From contig JALDZS010000179.1 of NCBI GenBank assembly GCA_022813965.1, positions 1-47,681 on the forward strand: DNA of 47,681 nt. The letters run 5' to 3'. The DNA is from Toensbergia leucococca. Lineage: Eukaryota. This document shows, one piece after another, positions 11,386 through 23,733 of this stretch. The notes under the pieces were generated by a model. The model had not been told where the DNA came from and searched no databases. It worked only from the letters and a program-made list of their open reading frames with translations. Made by a program: the position numbers and the translations under genes. Position 1 is the first letter of the stretch; each line of letters begins with the position of its first letter.

Positions 11386-13444
11386 ATGGTCTGCCGCTTT
11401 CGCATGGCCGCTCTTCTCTTCTTCATCCCCTTATCTATTCATGGGTTCCCCCTCCCACCCGATAATCTCACCCTCTCCTCACTCATCTTCCCCCCCTCTA
11501 TCATATACCGGAATCTCGGCGAGGCGCCATCGTTCATCAAGCTCTTCAGGGAGGGGCCCATCAATCCGAAGACGATGAGTTCGACTGCGCAAAGCGGCCC
11601 AAAGATGTTCCAAGGGCCAACGCGGATTTTTATGGGTGCTTTGGGGGTCATGCTGATCCTCATTACGGGTCTCATGGCAGGCTTAACGTTGGGTGTCATG
11701 AGCAATGACTCGACAAAGTTGAAGATGTGGACGAGGACTGGAGAAGATAAACGAAGGTCTGGAGCGTCTCGCATGTCCAAATGCCATGCACTGTAGCATT
11801 TCAACATTCAAAATTCTAGGCTAACTCCGGATCGAACAGAGTCCAAGCCCAGAGAATACTAAACGTCAGGAAGCATCCAAATTGGTTATTTGTCTCGCTA
11901 GTTCTTGCCAATGTAATGGTAGCTGAGGGGCTACCGCTGATTCTAACCCATTTATTTACGCCGGGGGCATGGACTCCGTTCTGGGTATCCACAGCCTGTG
12001 TTGCTTTATTTGGACAACTTATACCACAAGCCATTATGCCAATGTTCATTTTGAAGGTGGCAGGACGACTGATGTGGCTAGTAAAAGGCATCATGTGGAT
12101 CATCGGATTACCAGCGTACCCATGTGTTTTTGCCTTGCAACACTTCAAGAAGTGGAGAAACAAAGGGCTGCCCTTCAAAATGGATGGTATATTATACGTG
12201 GAAGAGTTGGTCGAATTTGTGGGTCTACACGAGATTAGAGAAGGATTAGGAGGCCAGCTGAGGGACGAGGTAGGCAATATGGTGACGAGATTAATAAGTC
12301 ATCAAGGTTTAGAAATCGGAAGAGAAGTCAAGGCATGGGAGGAACTCGCAATTTGGGACTTCGACGGAGACATCACAGACAGCATGGTGGAAAGTATTAC
12401 AAGCGGTAAATATTCTTACATTATTGTTGTCAGGTATGATAAAGAAGACATGCCAAGGGAAGGTTTACAAGAAATTGTGGGTGCAGTGGTGGTTTTGGTA
12501 TGCATTTCTGGTATCCCCTGGCTGTGACGCGCTGATTCAAGTCGTGACGATAGGACGTTCTAATGTTCCAGCAATCGAAGATACGGCCGCAGCTTGTCAA
12601 AGAACTTGATGTAGTCAAAGTTCTGATTGTTCAAGAGCACTGTTTGGCTATTACCGTGTTCTTATCGTTGATGTCTCACTTCAAAAAGGGGTATTTTTCT
12701 TGGCAATCATAAAGCGAGACCGAAGCTGAACAGACCAGGTGCAGCTTTGCTCTTGTTGTGCCCACGTCAAATGAGTTTCCTGATAGTTCCAACCGCATCA
12801 GTCTTCATTCACCTGCAAAAACGCTCTCGCCTCTTGGCATTATCGAACTTTCTGACGTCTGGTCAATGTTCGGAATAGGCAGAATTGAGGATATTGAGGA
12901 GCGCAATGAGGAGCCTAATGCTGAGCCTGGAGACGTTGACAATGATGCCATGGAAATGTCGGCCGTTGAAGTCGTCAACGTTGAGAATCGCACGGACAGC
13001 TCAACGCTGATTGGGCAATGGGATGAACAGTCCGATGGCATGCGAAGGCGTTCACGTCATAGTGGCATGAGTGGGCATAGCTCGGGTGTCTCAGCAGTCA
13101 CTCATTGTCCACCTGGGCTTCCGATTCCGCCTCGAGGTTCAAGCACAGCATTGGGTCCACTGATACCAAAAACTCCACCACGTACTTCGAGATCCGTCAG
13201 TTTGGAGTCAGCCAAGGTACCAAACCAAGAGACGGCCAATGGTAATAATAGCCAGACTTATAGCATGTCAACCAGTGGTCCTGTGCCCAGAGCTCGTCGT
13301 TCTGTCCAGAATCTCTTTGAAAATGAAAGTTTAGAGAGGCTGAGTCCGATCATCAAAAGGAGTGGGCAATTCACAGACCTTGACATTGATGGTGAGACAG
13401 CCGACTCTGCGAGGGCTGTGCAACAGCAAGCTGTGAAGGTATGA
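11386..13444 (+). CDS. Divergent DUF21/CNNM (Mam3-like) membrane protein with low-complexity C-terminus
   Basis: Signal-peptide-like start; LILITGLMAGLTLGVMS, HPNWLFVSLVLANV..EGLPLIL and FGQLIPQAI are CNNM transmembrane-domain motifs; at least 3 introns; 3' exon structure uncertain. Confidence 0.7.
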
Positions 13445-13983
13445 GGAGAAATGAGTAGACATGAGAGTTTTTGGAAGGTTGAAGTACTCATATCAAGCAG
13501 ACATGGGTACTGAGAAACATGGCGTTTTGGCTTACTTTGACTTTTTGGAGTTCACGATAGAATAGGAAGTCGTAGCAAGGTATGGCATCAGTCTATCACT
13601 GATAGTCCTAGTTGCAGTTAGCATGATAGTCCTACCATCAAAAGACTGGTTCCAACGTGTATTCTAGACTTGTGACTACTGGACGGCTTAATTAGGGATG
13701 ATTTTTTGATAGAGAACGGTGAAACCTACGGCCGGTGCCGTCTTGGTCCCACCAGCTGCAGCTCGGCGTCTCCACAGGCGACATGAACGTACTCTACACT
13801 TTAGCAACCCACCATCTATTTCTCACAAGTGCTTTACAACTTCTCAATCCTTATCTCCCTCATCTACGACAGTCATTCCACTAGAGCTGCGAACGTGAGG
13901 AAAAACCCACCCTGCTCCACATCCTCGAGCTTGAAGCCCCCCCGCCCAACAGCCGCAGTCTCCACCCTTCCTTTACTTCCACC

Positions 13984-14569
13984 ATGCAGGCAATGCCCGA
14001 CGCCCGCCAGCAAAGCTTCGAAGAAATTTATGGTCGCCCAGAAAACTTCCTCGAGATAGAAGTATGTTTACCTCACCCTCCCTTTCCTTACTTCCAAATT
14101 TACCAATCCCAGCTTACCCTTTCCTCTGAAATCCTACAGGTTCGCAACCCCTCTACCCACGGCACCTCCCGCAGCATGTACACCGACTACGAGATCATCT
14201 GCCGTACCAATATTCCCGCCTTCAAGCTCAAACAGAGCACCGTTCGCCGCCGCTACTCGGACTTTGAATACTTTCGCGATATCCTGGAGCGGGAGAGCGC
14301 ACGGGTGACGATCCCGCCGTTGCCTGGAAAGGTTTTTACAAACCGGTTCAGCGACGATGTGATTGAGCATCGAAGGGAGGGCTTGGAGCGGTTTTTGCAG
14401 ATCGTCGTGGGCCATCCGCTGTTGCAGACTGGGAGTAAGGTTTTGGCGAGTTTTGTGCAGGGTGAGTTTCTCTTTTTTTGGGTGGTGGTGGGGTTGGGGG
14501 TGGAGGTGGGATGAGGGAATTGGTTGCTGACTTTTGATAGATCCGAATTGGGATCGGAATTCTTGGTGA
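13984..14569 (+). CDS. SNX3: Sorting nexin-3 (PX domain)
   Basis: Exons 13984-14061, 14140-14461 and 14541-14569; [12 protein letters not shown]...[48 protein letters not shown]...DPNWDRNSW*. Confidence 0.96.
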
Positions 14570-15326
14570 AGGGGAAATGGGGTTCAAGAGAGGAGAGATG
14601 ACGAGGGCGGGTTCCGAAAGCGGTGGTGGTATTGATATGTATGCTATGATTTTCTCCTTAGCATATCCGGCGAGCGGTCTGGTCGGCGTTGCAGCGATTC
14701 GAGGTCGAGGGTGACTATGTGCATACCTGCGTACTAAAATACTTATGGCTTCAGGTCCAGTCTCGGACGATTACAGCCTGCTCAGTGTGCCTATCTTTCA
14801 ATTTTCTTTTACCTGTGTTCTGCGGTTTCTGCTGAGAAGGGCATGGCGCCTTGCTCAACAGTCTGGAAGTAACGATTCGTTCTCACGATTCGTTCTCAAG
14901 TATTGCATGGGTTTTTCGCTATGTACAATTGTACCGCCTGCTTTATCGACAATCCTGGGCCCCAAACCTCACCACCTAGTTACCACCATTGACACAGATT
15001 CCTGCAAAAAGTTCGCATCAACCATCAAAGACAATTGTGCGCATCTCCTCAATAGCATCTCATCCATAGACCCACCATTCACAAAGTCCCATCCCATTCA
15101 ACCCCCTGAAGAATTCTGCCACCACCCCCAAACCCCATTATCACCAAATCGCTAGCTCACACCAACCCCATTGAACATTGACGCTGCGTCCATCAACAAT
15201 AAGCAACCACCATTGGGGTCTGGCGCTCCCATTGTCAATCCAGTTCCCCATCAGCGAACCTATTGATCAGAAAAACTACTTAAACCACCAAAACTTCTCA
15301 CTTTTTTGTTCCTTTCCTTCTTCATA

Positions 15327-15346
15327 ACACACACACACACACACAC
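15327..15346. repeat. (AC)10 microsatellite
   Basis: Read directly. Confidence 0.9.
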
Positions 15347-15587
15347 CTCTTCTTTCATCAAGCTTTCATTTGCCAACCCATTTCTTCTCATCTTCATCTG
15401 CTTTCACACACATCCATAGCTCGCTGTCTCTCCTCTCTCATCACATAAGCTTTCCGTTCTATAGAGCGCTTCTCTCTGACGACTTACTTTTCTTCCGTTC
15501 ACTCCATCAACACCTCGACTTTAATCTCCATCTCCTCGACGGGCTGGCCCCATCTTCACCCTTCGACACACCCATCCTACCACAAGC

Positions 15588-16553
15588 ATGCCTTCTCTAC
15601 CCCTACCCGCGACCCTCAACCTGCAAGCCAGAGCTTCACACTTCAATTCCGTACCAGCACCAACCGCACCAAGAGTGTGGAACACCGCGCCCGAAGGAGA
15701 CGTCGAAGAAGAGAACGAGGAGAGCCGAGGACATTCGTCCGCGGCAAAGACCGCACACAAGAAGCGCAAGGCTAGAGATGACGAAGGCACTCCGAGAGCC
15801 AAGCGACCAAGGCTGGAGGGAACGCCGACGCGAGATTGTGCCGCAAGACGAGCCAACAAGACACCAAGCAGATCACCAGCCCTAAGTCTAGCAGCGCAAA
15901 CAATCGCCGCCGCCGCCGCCGCCGCCGCCACACAAGGATTGCCCAATGTCGCCCAGGGATCGCAGGCAGAGAACGCCAATGAGCCCGAAAACCCACCGAG
16001 CGACACGGAGGAGGTTTACGAACACATCATGGATCGCGCCCGTCGTCGACGTAAGAGCCTCACTTCAGGAGACATTTCGGAGAGGTCCTCGCCAGGTGAA
16101 TTAGACACGGCCATCATTGACAATCCAAGTGGGGACGAAGCAGACGACAATATCCTCCCGTCCATTGAGACGGACGACGACCACCTGAAGCAACTGGACG
16201 AAGCAAACCTATCGTTCAGGAGGACGTTGCTCGCCGAGATGGACCGGAGGATCGAGGCGGAAGATGGGGAGAGGCAGATGAGACGGGAGAGTGAGTCAAC
16301 GCCTTTGCCCACTTGATTGACATTGACACTGACGAAGGATTTTTTTTATCAAGGAGACGAGGCGGACGAGAGAATAGTGGAGCTGCTGGACGAGCTCCAG
16401 GAGCACAAGAAGATGATCAAAGGTCTGAGGAGGACGATCAAGAGGTTGCGGGCCGCAGCACCAGTGCGTTCGGCGCCGGCGCCAACGCCTGGTCGTGAGC
16501 GGCCGACTAGGAAACGACAAGCTCCGACCCGTTATAAGCCAGAAGCATGGTAG
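15588..16553 (+). CDS. Hypothetical low-complexity protein with NLS-like basic stretches and C-terminal coiled coil; 2 exons
   Basis: ORFs 15588 and 16317 join in frame through intron 16291-16353 (GTGAGT...CTGAC...AAG); HKKRKAR and AKRPRL motifs; (GCC)8 poly-Ala at 15906-15929. Confidence 0.6.
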
Positions 16554-16846
16554 GGAGGGCATCCGAGTTCGGGCTGGATCCGGATTTGGATGCCTGTCTC
16601 GGTGGAGGGTGAGGGATGCAGGTTTTGTGGGGGGGAAGGCGAGGATTTGGAAGGGGGGAAGCACGGCGTTGATCTGTGTTTAGCTGGAAGCCTAAGTTGA
16701 CAGAGCGTGCAAGTACATAGGAGAGGATTCTACATAGTACAAAAAGAGCGCAGAGGCAGATATGCAGGCATTTTCCACAATCAAGAACGATTTTGTACTG
16801 TTTAATCCTTAGGATCTAGTCCATACATACGTTGTTTTTGACATGT

Positions 16847-18392
16847 TTATTCTAATTCGAACATGGGTCTAGTAGCCATGTCTTCCCAGAGCAACGGCGG
16901 TAAGGTGACGCTCTCCTCCCAGTCGTAGTAACGAAACGACGCTGGTCTGATGTCTTCTTCTTCGTCATTTAAAAGCCCCATAATGCCTCCTGAAGGAGGT
17001 CCAGGGCCAGGGTGTCTGTCCCCAGCCCCGGATAGGCGTCTCCTCTGGTCATCCTCGTCATCATCTCTATCAAAAACTTCGTACCCCTCGTTTGTTCTCA
17101 GAGTTGGGGATTGGGATAGTCTTCTATTTGATGCTGTCTTGGGTGGAAGCTTACTAGTCGCCTCCAAAGGTTCCTCTGGCGGCGCTCTCGTCAACGTCTT
17201 TGTTTCCCCGTAGAGTTCGGGGTATTTCAAGCGAAATCGATCTCGGACTTGCGGGCCTGTCCGATGAGCTAGACTCAGAGTTTGATCTTTGGTTATCTTC
17301 GTCCAATGAAACCCATACTTTTGGTACCCTTTTGCTAAATTCTCGTCTTCGGCATCCGTCCAAGATTGATACGCTTTCCGTCTCGCTGGTACGGGCGGAT
17401 CTGAAAGGCCGAGACTCACACCTTTAGAGACACTATGTTGCTTGTTTCGCGATGGTAGTGCTGTACTGGTACCAGTTATGGAGGACTTGCCACTATTCGA
17501 CGATCTCTCGTCGATGTCCTCGATGATCTGAGCCCTGTGCTTTTTCTGCGAGCACGTACGGAAACTAAATTGTGACTTGTTAGGATACTGTGTAGAATGC
17601 CACCAAAACATTTCCTTACCGATCTTTGAGGTCTACTGACGTCCGCCCCTCCTCAAACGAAAATTCGGGATGCATAAGGATTTTCTTCCAACTTCCCTGT
17701 CCGTAGATCTCGACACCTTTCATAATCTGATCGGATTCTGCATCCGTCCACTTGGGCCTTGGACGGAAATTTCTCCTCGGTGCGACGACTTTGGCACGGC
17801 TTTCAGCATCGATGTTCGTCCCAGATGACTGATCCTCATGACCAACGAAGCTGGCGGGCAAGTCCACGGCGAGGATACGATCCTCCTTATCTTGGGATGC
17901 GCTTGGTGTAATAGGAGGAAAGAGTGCCGCGCTAGGAGGGGGCTCATGCAGCTCATTCAGGATGGAGACGGGTTGAAATGGGGGAGGTTTGGTTTCTCGG
18001 ATCTTGGCCTTTGGCTTCGGAAGCTGGACAAACTCAGGGACATGATCCTGATCATAGAGTTTTTGTTTCTTCCTTGTTGCTCCTGTAGTGGTTTCGGTCC
18101 TCAAGCGACTCAGGTCCATATCTTCGTTTCCATCTCGATCCCTTCGAAGTTTGGGCGACGACGGTGCGGCTGGTATCACTTTTGAAGCAAGGTCTTCTAT
18201 CGGCCGTGTCTTTACTGGAGCTTTGCGTCTTCCTGTCAACCTAGAAGTCTCACTGTGTACATTAATATCAACACGGGTACTCGGTTCTAACGGCGATGGT
18301 CTGCCCGATGGTCTAGAGGGTAGAGGATCTTGCAATGGAGGAATGCGTAGAGATGGATGCAAAGGAAAGTCATCGAACAGATCGTCGAGCAT
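16847..18392 (-). CDS. Double Myb/telobox-domain protein (Tay1/Teb1-like telomere-repeat-binding family)
   Basis: RPKWTDAESDQIMKGVEIYGQGSWKKIL...RTSVDLKDR/FRT and QSWTDAEDENLAKGYQKYGFHWTKI...RTGPQVRDRFR; intron 17619-17565; start codon uncertain. Confidence 0.82.
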
Positions 18393-18961
18393 TGCGACTA
18401 AGTATGGAGCTACCAATGGAGCGGTAAGGTGATGAAGTCTTCATGTTGACGGAAAAGAGCTCATACATGGGGACAGAACCCTCTGGGTTCAATGATAATC
18501 AATCGGGCATGTTAAAGATGACTGCTACTCTCTAGGTAGTCTTGTGTACCACCAAGAAGAGGACGTCGATAAATTTACTCCGTACGAGTGCGAACATTTG
18601 TCGTCACCCATTTTTTATTTTTTAATTTTCGGTTTTCATTTTTCCTTTTCCTTCCCTAAGCCTATTCTAGGGAGAGTCACATTGTTTGATGTTGTGATTG
18701 ATTTAATTGCCGAAGTTGATATGGAGCCGTGCGCCAAGAGTATCCCGAGACGCTAAAACACTAGCTTTGCAGTGATAAGGTGTCTGCCCTAATCCATCAG
18801 AGTGAGATAAGCGAAGATGTGCCAGGGGCTGGCGAGAAATTGAATAATTGGATCCGAAGTATAAGCTATTCACTAGACTATGCACAGCTACTAATGTTAT
18901 TGAAAGGAAGACATGGAATTCCAAGACCCAAACCCACCGCTCAAAAAACCCTCACTCACAT

Positions 18962-19378
18962 TTAGAAGCTCTCAGAAGTTGTAAAATCGGGAAGTGTGTC
19001 CTCGGACGTCAAGTCCACAAGATCTTCGAACTCGTTCGTCGTCGAGGGCTCTTTTTCCTCACCTGCACCATCATTTGTCCCCGTCATCCCCCCCTCATCC
19101 CCCTCTTCATTCGTCTCCTCATTCCCCCCCCCATTCATCCCCTCATCTCCCCCCGCATTCCCTCCCTCATCCCCCTCTTCATCTCCGTCATCCCTCACCC
19201 CATGCGCCCCATCCCTCACCTCAGTCTCTCCATCCCTCAACCCATCCGCCCCATCATCACCGGGCCTATTCTCCGCCTCATTCCTCCTATTCTCGCTCTG
19301 ATTCTCCTCAGGAGTTAGCGGTTCTCTCTCTGGCGTCTTGTTTGTCAAAATCTTTGAAACTTTTTGGCTGAACGCCAT
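18962..19378 (-). CDS. Hypothetical acidic E/G/D/N-rich protein built on a degenerate short tandem repeat
   Basis: ATG-initiated 138-aa ORF; core ~19080-19270 has recurring CCCTCATC/CCCCCTC units, so several frames are open. Confidence 0.35.
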   Translation of the reverse strand: MAFSQKVSKILTNKTPEREPLTPEENQSENRRNEAENRPGDDGADGLRDGETEVRDGAHGVRDDGDEEGDEGGNAGGDEGMNGGGNEETNEEGDEGGMTGTNDGAGEEKEPSTTNEFEDLVDLTSEDTLPDFTTSESF

Positions 19379-20093
19379 GAGGGATAATTTTGCTCTTCGG
19401 CCGAACGCCTTGATTCACCTTTCACCCATACTCCTCAGCTCCATTCTCTCGGCTGCTCTCGTCCCTCTTTTAGCATAGTGCCAGGCTCTGTACACATAAT
19501 GTTAGCGATGCAATTCATTTCTGCGTTTACGGCTGTTTTCTTGTATCCTCCTTTTTTGGCATATGGGCTGTAAAGGCTACGGCGTTTGAGATCCACACGG
19601 ACATGTGACCTGACATTGCAGGCGGAAACTTGCGAATCCATTGGCCTGAGTAGAGTAAGACTCCATTCATGATTGCCTAGAATCAACTTGCAAGGCTGAT
19701 TATTGCATGCACTGGGATTTCAGAGTCAAGTGTAAGCAGATCTATCTGCATGAAGATAGATATGTTAATGGTGCGGAATTCGGCTATTAATGCTGTACAA
19801 TGGGCTTGCAAAGTCGTATTAACAAATCCATCTGCGCGTACGGAGATACACTTGATAATGGGTGTGCATACTGGCAATGAGGCACATGGGTGCTCGGAGT
19901 TGTGTGAGTCTAAGACCCTAAGTCAAAGACTTGGTTGTGGTGACAGCGTCCACCATCACATTGCTACGTTTTCCATCCAGCTAGATGAGTGCGTTTAACG
20001 TCCACCTCAACGCAGTGTTTTGCGGTGACTGTGAACGGTATGGTGTAAGATGAGAGAGAGAGGCGTGCCCATCTGAACATCAGTTGAGGGAAG

Positions 20094-20794
20094 ATGCGCA
20101 TGAAGAATGAGAGGTATGCATTAGAGTTGGAAGTAGAAAGGAAGAAGAAAGACTTACATAGCTCCAACAAGATCTGCAAAAGCGAAACCAAGTATAGTGC
20201 CCACAGCCGCAATGATAGTGACGTCCTCTACTTGGTCATCTTTGGGTGTATCGCCACCGCCAGCTACAGTTATGATTGGAACACCGGCAGAGTTAGTTGA
20301 TAAGAACACGGACCATGCAGATTGAGACTGGCTGGCTACAGTTGAGGAGGGTGAGGATGAAGCAGAGAAGGGATTTGAGCTGGCAACTGTCGATGTTTCA
20401 AATGTAGATCCTCCTGCAGTGCTTGATGAGGATCCAGAAGATATGAAGAGAGTGAGAAGGGCGGTGATGAAACAAATGATTCGTGTTGATAACATGATAC
20501 CACGTGGTGCTGGACCTATTGAGAAGAGGGATTTGTTGAGAGATGGCTGGATCACTTCGAATTACTATGGTGACACATATTTCAGTAATCTGAGATCAGA
20601 AAAAGGGCTTGAAAATCAACGCTTAGTAGATCTCTACCTTGTAATCCTTCAACTTGTACTCGAGAATGAAGCTCAAAGTTAGGTACCGGGCGATTCTCAA
20701 CTAACAGCCAGACAAGCAATACAAGTTGACCGATGATGTACTGAGATTCGTGGAGAGACTATCCGTTGGAGGAAAGCCAATGGAAAAAAGCTAG
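20094..20794 (+). other. Fragmentary protein-like ORF segments, possible orphan gene or pseudogene
   Basis: Protein-like pieces (MRMKNERYALELEVERKKK; VEEGEDEAEKG...MKRVRRAVMKQMIR; KQYKLTDDVLRFVERL) with splice-like signals, but I could not join the phases consistently. Confidence 0.25.
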
Positions 20795-21382
20795 TGTACG
20801 ATGAGGAGAAATAAGTGCACAGAAGCTTGTGGAGAGATTTTAAGGGAAAATAGCGAGCGGGTGTAAAAAGAATTTATCTAGCATACACAATCGCAGGGTA
20901 TAGTGAAGAAGCAGGTACAATCCTGAAGCAAGAAGGTACCACCAAATACACAGTGAGTCAATTTCAATCTTGTGCCCTCGCTTTTGTTGGAACAACTGAC
21001 AGATATTCAAGAGGCATAAGTCAGGATCTTTTTCATAGCATCTGAGGACATCTAGAGTCAGTAAGAATCTGGATTTATGAGGGGCTTACTTGCGACATAG
21101 GACTTCAGCTCTTGACTCAACGACCTGAAAATACGCCGAGAGAGACTGTAATAGCCAGCAGGTTCATATACCAGCGCCGTCGTATGTGCACTATTGTCAA
21201 ATTCGAGATCGATGCACGGTAAGGAGACCACACTTTAGAATCGAGTGTGAGCGTGAGGTGAGATTTGCTTTGGCACCGCGAGAGTGCGAGGCTGCGAGGC
21301 TGCATCGCCGGTCGGTCACCCAGCTCGCTCGCTAGAATATTCTAGTTCTGGGGCAGATAAATCTCAGTCTTGCACAATTGCC

Positions 21383-21914
21383 ATGACAGCCATCCTACCC
21401 CCGTTTCCCTACTTCGTCTTCGCCGTCTTCGAGCCTATTTCCCTGTAAGCCTCCCATCCCCCGAGCCCCAGTTCTTATACGAAGCCTCCAAGTAACCTGC
21501 CTCCTCAGCGTCGGCGGCTTCCTCACTCCTCTCCTCGACCCAGCTTACTTTGTCTCCGCCCAAACCCCCCACCTTCTCCCAGTCCCTCTCACCGCTGGCA
21601 GCCAAGTGGTTGCTCTTCAGCTCGGCAATGTCTACCTTTTATTAGCCATGATCGGCATCGGCGTACTCAGCGCCACCAAGGATCCAAAGGTCGTGAGGAA
21701 TTATGTGATTGCCTTGGCCATTGCGGATATTGGACACCTGGCTTCGACATACTATGTCATCGGGCACGATAACTACATGGATGTAAGAGGGTGGAACTCC
21801 ATGGCCTGGGGAAATATTGGGGTTACGACGTTTTTATTCATGACCAGGATAGGATATCTGTCAGGTCTTTTTGGAAACGACAGAGTTGCTAGTAGCATAC
21901 GAAAGGGACTATAG
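21383..21914 (+). CDS. Small conserved fungal multi-pass membrane protein of unknown function
   Basis: MTAILPPFPYFVFAVFEPISL / VGGFLTPLLDPAYF...QLGNVYLLLAMIG...ALAIADIGHL...WNSMAWGNIG; one intron ~21445-21508. Confidence 0.8.
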
Positions 21915-22195
21915 ACAGTTTCCAAACTGCCTCGAATGGTTCCTTTGCTACATGGTAACAGATTCACCTCAACGTGTCAACTTTGACTCTTGGGACGTTG
22001 CTGATAATTCGGTATATGTGTCTTTGAATAGAACGCACTTTAGACGATCATAGCCATTCATGTTATAATCATGATTTGTTTGTTCTCAATGGTGGTCTTG
22101 GATGCTTCATTGTAAACTTGGAAGACGATTTGAATTACTGCGAGAGACTTTTGGACCGAGTTCGTTCGGTCGAAGCGCTATCATCGGCAAAGGTA

Positions 22196-23116
22196 TCACG
22201 ACATAATCTGGTCTAAAAAGTTATCAAGCCAGTCATTGAATCCGTCTGGAACTTCCAAATTGATCATATGTGCAGCATCAAATTCCTTGATCCTCGAATT
22301 CACAGCATGTTCATGAAAGTATCTCATTGCGCCGTTCGTGCTTGTCTCATCGAACCGTCCGATGCCAATCGCAACCGGCACCTTGATCTCCGTCAAGCGT
22401 TCAGCTGCCGGCGGGTCTATCTCTTCATACGTGATTGCCCAAGCGCCAGTCGAATTGCAATCCCGGGTGGCGATATCAATTCCCCACTCATATAACTTTC
22501 CCCTAACCATCTTGTTGGCTCGACCCTGTTTTGAAAAGGGTCCATCTCCCCATACGCGAACGTTGAATCTCGCCATGCCCTCAATATCCTTTGCTTCTTT
22601 TAGTTGGTTCTCTTGTTTAAAGAGTGCGTTTTCTTCAGCAGTGTTGGGAAGATCAAGGCCTGAAATACCACCAGCAAGAACAACCAGAGCGCTAACGAGG
22701 TCTGGATAGGCAAGAGTGAAATCAACGGCAAGGCTGCCGCCTCGACTCAGACCAACGACTATGAATCTGTTGCTGATAGCTTCAGAATTGCTCGTCAAGG
22801 GCATTTGTGAGTTGCAAAGATTCTTGGCTATGCTGGCCACATGGTCGTGGTGCTTGACTTTCGGCCGGGGATGCTGAGAAATGTAGATTTGGTTAGGATT
22901 AGATCTACCATAACCCAGGATGTCATATCTTAGAATCCCCCAACCCTGTGCAGTAAAGAAAGAGACCTGCTCATCCCACAAGGTAAGATCGGCCACGCCG
23001 GCATGGATGAATAGAAGGGTTGGACGACATCTCTCAGACTCTATGGCTAATGAAGGGCTATCATATGTCCAATAGAGCTTGCCTTCGGGAATTTCAAAAT
23101 AGGCACTGTAAGACAT
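22196..23116 (-). CDS. Alpha/beta-hydrolase, intronless
   Basis: LLFIHAG, YDILGYGRS, nucleophile elbow GLSRGG, acid GRFD and His in AAHMINLEVP; first ATG at 23116. Confidence 0.9.
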   Translation of the reverse strand: MSYSAYFEIPEGKLYWTYDSPSLAIESERCRPTLLFIHAGVADLTLWDEQVSFFTAQGWGILRYDILGYGRSNPNQIYISQHPRPKVKHHDHVASIAKNLCNSQMPLTSNSEAISNRFIVVGLSRGGSLAVDFTLAYPDLVSALVVLAGGISGLDLPNTAEENALFKQENQLKEAKDIEGMARFNVRVWGDGPFSKQGRANKMVRGKLYEWGIDIATRDCNSTGAWAITYEEIDPPAAERLTEIKVPVAIGIGRFDETSTNGAMRYFHEHAVNSRIKEFDAAHMINLEVPDGFNDWLDNFLDQIMS

Positions 23117-23733
23117 GCTAGGCTTAGATGACAATGAAAGTGATCTCGGATGCAACAAGGTACTCGTACTCGTATGGATCGAGGGATAGATAGGTGATAG
23201 CCATGCGGACGTGCCAAGATGGCTAGAATTTTCTAGCGCCTTTAGAGGGCAGAATCACACATAAAAACTCTCTCCATATCACCAATAATTTTGAACCATC
23301 AGGGTATAAGAACCCTTTTCATGTTCATGTCATGGCGCTACAATAGCCGCCAACAGTTTGGAGTTCAATGGCCTTGCAATGGCGTTAATCAAGCTGTTTG
23401 TATCTTGAACTGGTCTGAATACCGCAACAACATTAAGGTATTCATGTTCAGACGCCACCGAATATATTTAGCTGAACTGACTGCTTACGGACTTTAGTAC
23501 AGTATCCACGAAGCCGCCACTGCGGTGACTAATTTCACTTTGTGCTTCGATCCGTGACGACTCGACCTACCTACTTTCGCACAGAAGTTCACTTTGTTCG
23601 CGATGAAAACATCTCTGGCCATGAACGAGTCTTGGTAGAAGCGCAAATTATATATCGCAAGGTGCCAAACGATCAGAGTTCCTGATACAACCTATGGCTT
23701 GAGGGTCCACGAACGACGTTATCGCTACCTTAG

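Noticed and set aside
18848..19371. Pro/His/Ser-rich plus-strand ORFs
   Set aside because: Shadow frames of the degenerate repeat.
20154..20555. Minus-strand ORF resembling a secreted Ser-rich membrane protein
   Set aside because: Antisense to the more protein-like plus-strand segments; neither reading could be confirmed.
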